Shown piece after piece: positions 62,130 through 64,000 of a stretch of 64,000 bases of DNA. Where the stretch lies: positions 31,430 through 95,429 of the forward strand of contig RDEW01000081.1 of NCBI GenBank assembly GCA_011109175.1, given 5' to 3'. A program made the position numbers and the translations under genes. Position 1 is the stretch's first letter, and every line of letters begins with the position of its first letter. The notes below the pieces were generated by a model, which was not told the DNA's origin, searched no databases, and saw only the letters and a list, made by a program, of their open reading frames with translations. The stretch is from Dicyema japonicum. Lineage: Eukaryota > Animalia > Dicyemida.

Positions 62130-62770
62130 TTGTCGTTGTTTTGTTGTCGGGGGCTTCTTCGAGAGCGGTGCCAGTCTCAACGGCATTCCCAATGGAGTTC
62201 TGGAACATTCCTGGATGATGAATGCGTCCATATTGGGATCTCATTGCGACTGGGATTAAAAGTCTGTGTTCCACATCCGTGCCGATACGGAGACCAGATC
62301 GACTATTTGGCCTACATCCTCTCTCCTGTAGGATGAGTGCAGGCAGAATTCCCAGACACATGGCCTTGAAAGAAGTCGTTAAGCGGACACTCTTCTATGC
62401 TCGAACCTGTCGGTCTTTGCAGGCGGGACGGGAAAGACCAGATGGGATGACAATCTTCCCTTTTGAAGCCGGGAAGCCTCTTGTCTTGAGACATTACTTG
62501 CATCGACACATTTGCCTCTTGCAACCTACTCCAGAGTGCCTCTGGAGTTAAACGGGAAAGTACGCGGTCCTACTCAAGGATTTTTTGTATGTTGCACTTG
62601 CCGTTGAACGTCTGGTTCCCTTGCGCCCGCGACGTTGGAATTCTTGAGTCGTTCAGAGAATCGGATCGCTACACGAACAGGAGACCCTCGTGAGCGCTGC
62701 TGGTTATTTGAGGGAATCTCGCTGGCTATCCTAAGAAGGAATAGCCACGCAGTCAAGGCAGCCGCTATAT
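62130..62770 (+). mobile_element. CRE-like 3' fragment
   Basis: FLDDECVHIGISLRLGLKVC, RHMALKEVVKR, RPDGMTIFPFEAGKPL, ISLAILRRN. Confidence 0.75.
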
Positions 62771-62920
62771 AATTGTTTATTCTTTTCTAAAAACAATTAA
62801 ATAATTAAATAATTAATAATTTTATTAAATGAATTAAAATTAAAAGTATTTTTGTTTTTTTTGATGTGGTACATAAATTTAAGAAATATTAAAATTATTC
62901 TAAAGACTAAGTGTTTTAGT

Positions 62921-63223
62921 AATAATAATAGCCTTTCACGAGAGCCATAATATTTATAGCTCCGCATAAGCAGGACACACACTTTTTAACCAAGGAATGA
63001 TCTTCACTTCTTTTTTCTTTTTCTTGTGTGTGGGTCCTTTCTAGACAATCCAGTTCCGCAGTGAGTATCCACTGATGACGGTCACTCGTCAAACCCTTCT
63101 GGCATCGTAGATGCGTGGAACCTTCCACCAGGTAAACAGCAGCGAGAATCGAACCCATAACATAAGTCACTTTAGCCTAACAACTAACCACTACGCCACC
63201 TGGATTAATAATAATATTATTAT
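62921..63223 (-). mobile_element. tRNA-derived SINE with RTE-type 3' tail, 13-bp TSD
   Basis: A-box TGGCGTAGTGG (63188-63198), B-box GGTTCGATTCT (63145-63155), 32 nt apart. RTE hairpin at 62944-62960. TSD TAAGTGTTTTAGT at 62908-62920 and 63224-63236. Confidence 0.85.
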
Positions 63224-64000
63224 TAAGTGTTTTAGTGGCAAATCCAAAGACATTCTGGCTTTAGTGGTAAAAATAAGAGGTGATGAATTTGTCGGTCTAT
63301 CTTCATGTAGAAAGTAAAAAATGAATTCAGTATAAATTTGAGTACTTTAAATGAAGACTACAAACGGATTTTAAATGTAATTGATATTTACTGTAAATAT
63401 GCCAAATGACTTTAAAGTGGGAGATAAAATCAAACAGCTTCAATGTTCGATTCATGGATCCATTTCCTTTGTGGATATGCCACCTTTAGTTAACTAGAAG
63501 GAAACGTCAGAATGATCAAACCCAACATAAATATTAACCTGCTGTCTGGTAGCTTTACCAATCTTAGCAACGAAGAGGACTCAACCATCCAGATTTGATT
63601 ATTTGCTAAACTTCACAATAGAACCAAGTTCACGTAAAGAGGTTAACCAACACGAAGGTTATCAAACAAACGTCATTTGTTGTTTTTATCATCCAGATTT
63701 AAATAAAAGGAATTTTTTGTTGCGCGCGGCGTTATTGATCTAAAGCGAGAGGTCTCTACTCGACGCTCGTCTGTGAGTGGATAATATATTCTATACGTTC
63801 CTTATACATGAATACGAGCTTTCAGAATTTCTAGCATGCCTCCAGAAGGCAGTTGTGTCTAATTACTGTTGAATGCGTTCGAGATCTCGATTGACAGCAG
63901 CCGTTCCCTGAGTGGTTTCATTAAATAAACTCATATGCGACGGCAACTTTATTCAAGAAACTCACGGACCTGAACATTATTCAAAGAAACTCGAATATTA

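Overview
AT-rich eukaryotic genomic DNA, probably from an animal with a highly reduced genome. Host genes carry many very small spliceosomal introns (20-26 nt). Most of the window is decayed transposable elements: non-LTR retrotransposons (a Jockey/I-group family with gag-like ORF1, an ORF1-less APE-RT family, RTE, CRE-like), a tRNA-derived SINE, and DNA transposons (Buster-like hAT, Tc1, MULE, Ginger-like integrase, pogo/mariner remnants). Recognisable host genes are a probably intact PRC1/Ase1 and two independently disabled copies of a four-spectrin-repeat alpha-actinin. The alpha-actinin copies lie in a duplicated block of at least 10 kb (1643-11838 and 26590-37059) that ends at an 878-nt assembly gap. 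The most unusual signals are: (1) a candidate -1 ribosomal frameshift cassette (G_GAU_UUA, 7-nt spacer, covarying stem) at the ORF1/ORF2 overlap of three LINE copies; (2) HDV-like ribozyme folds with covariation at the 5' ends of the ORF1-less LINE and a short derivative; (3) a CRE-like insertion with a ~100-bp target-site duplication across a Tc1 end; (4) a tRNA-SINE/RTE pair sharing a 3' hairpin; (5) 13 of 13 inferred introns are not multiples of 3, including a 22-nt GC-AG intron; (6) templated-insertion repair junctions. All alignments and RNA folds were done by eye. Family assignments come from remembered motifs, not database searches. Boundaries of decayed elements are approximate.
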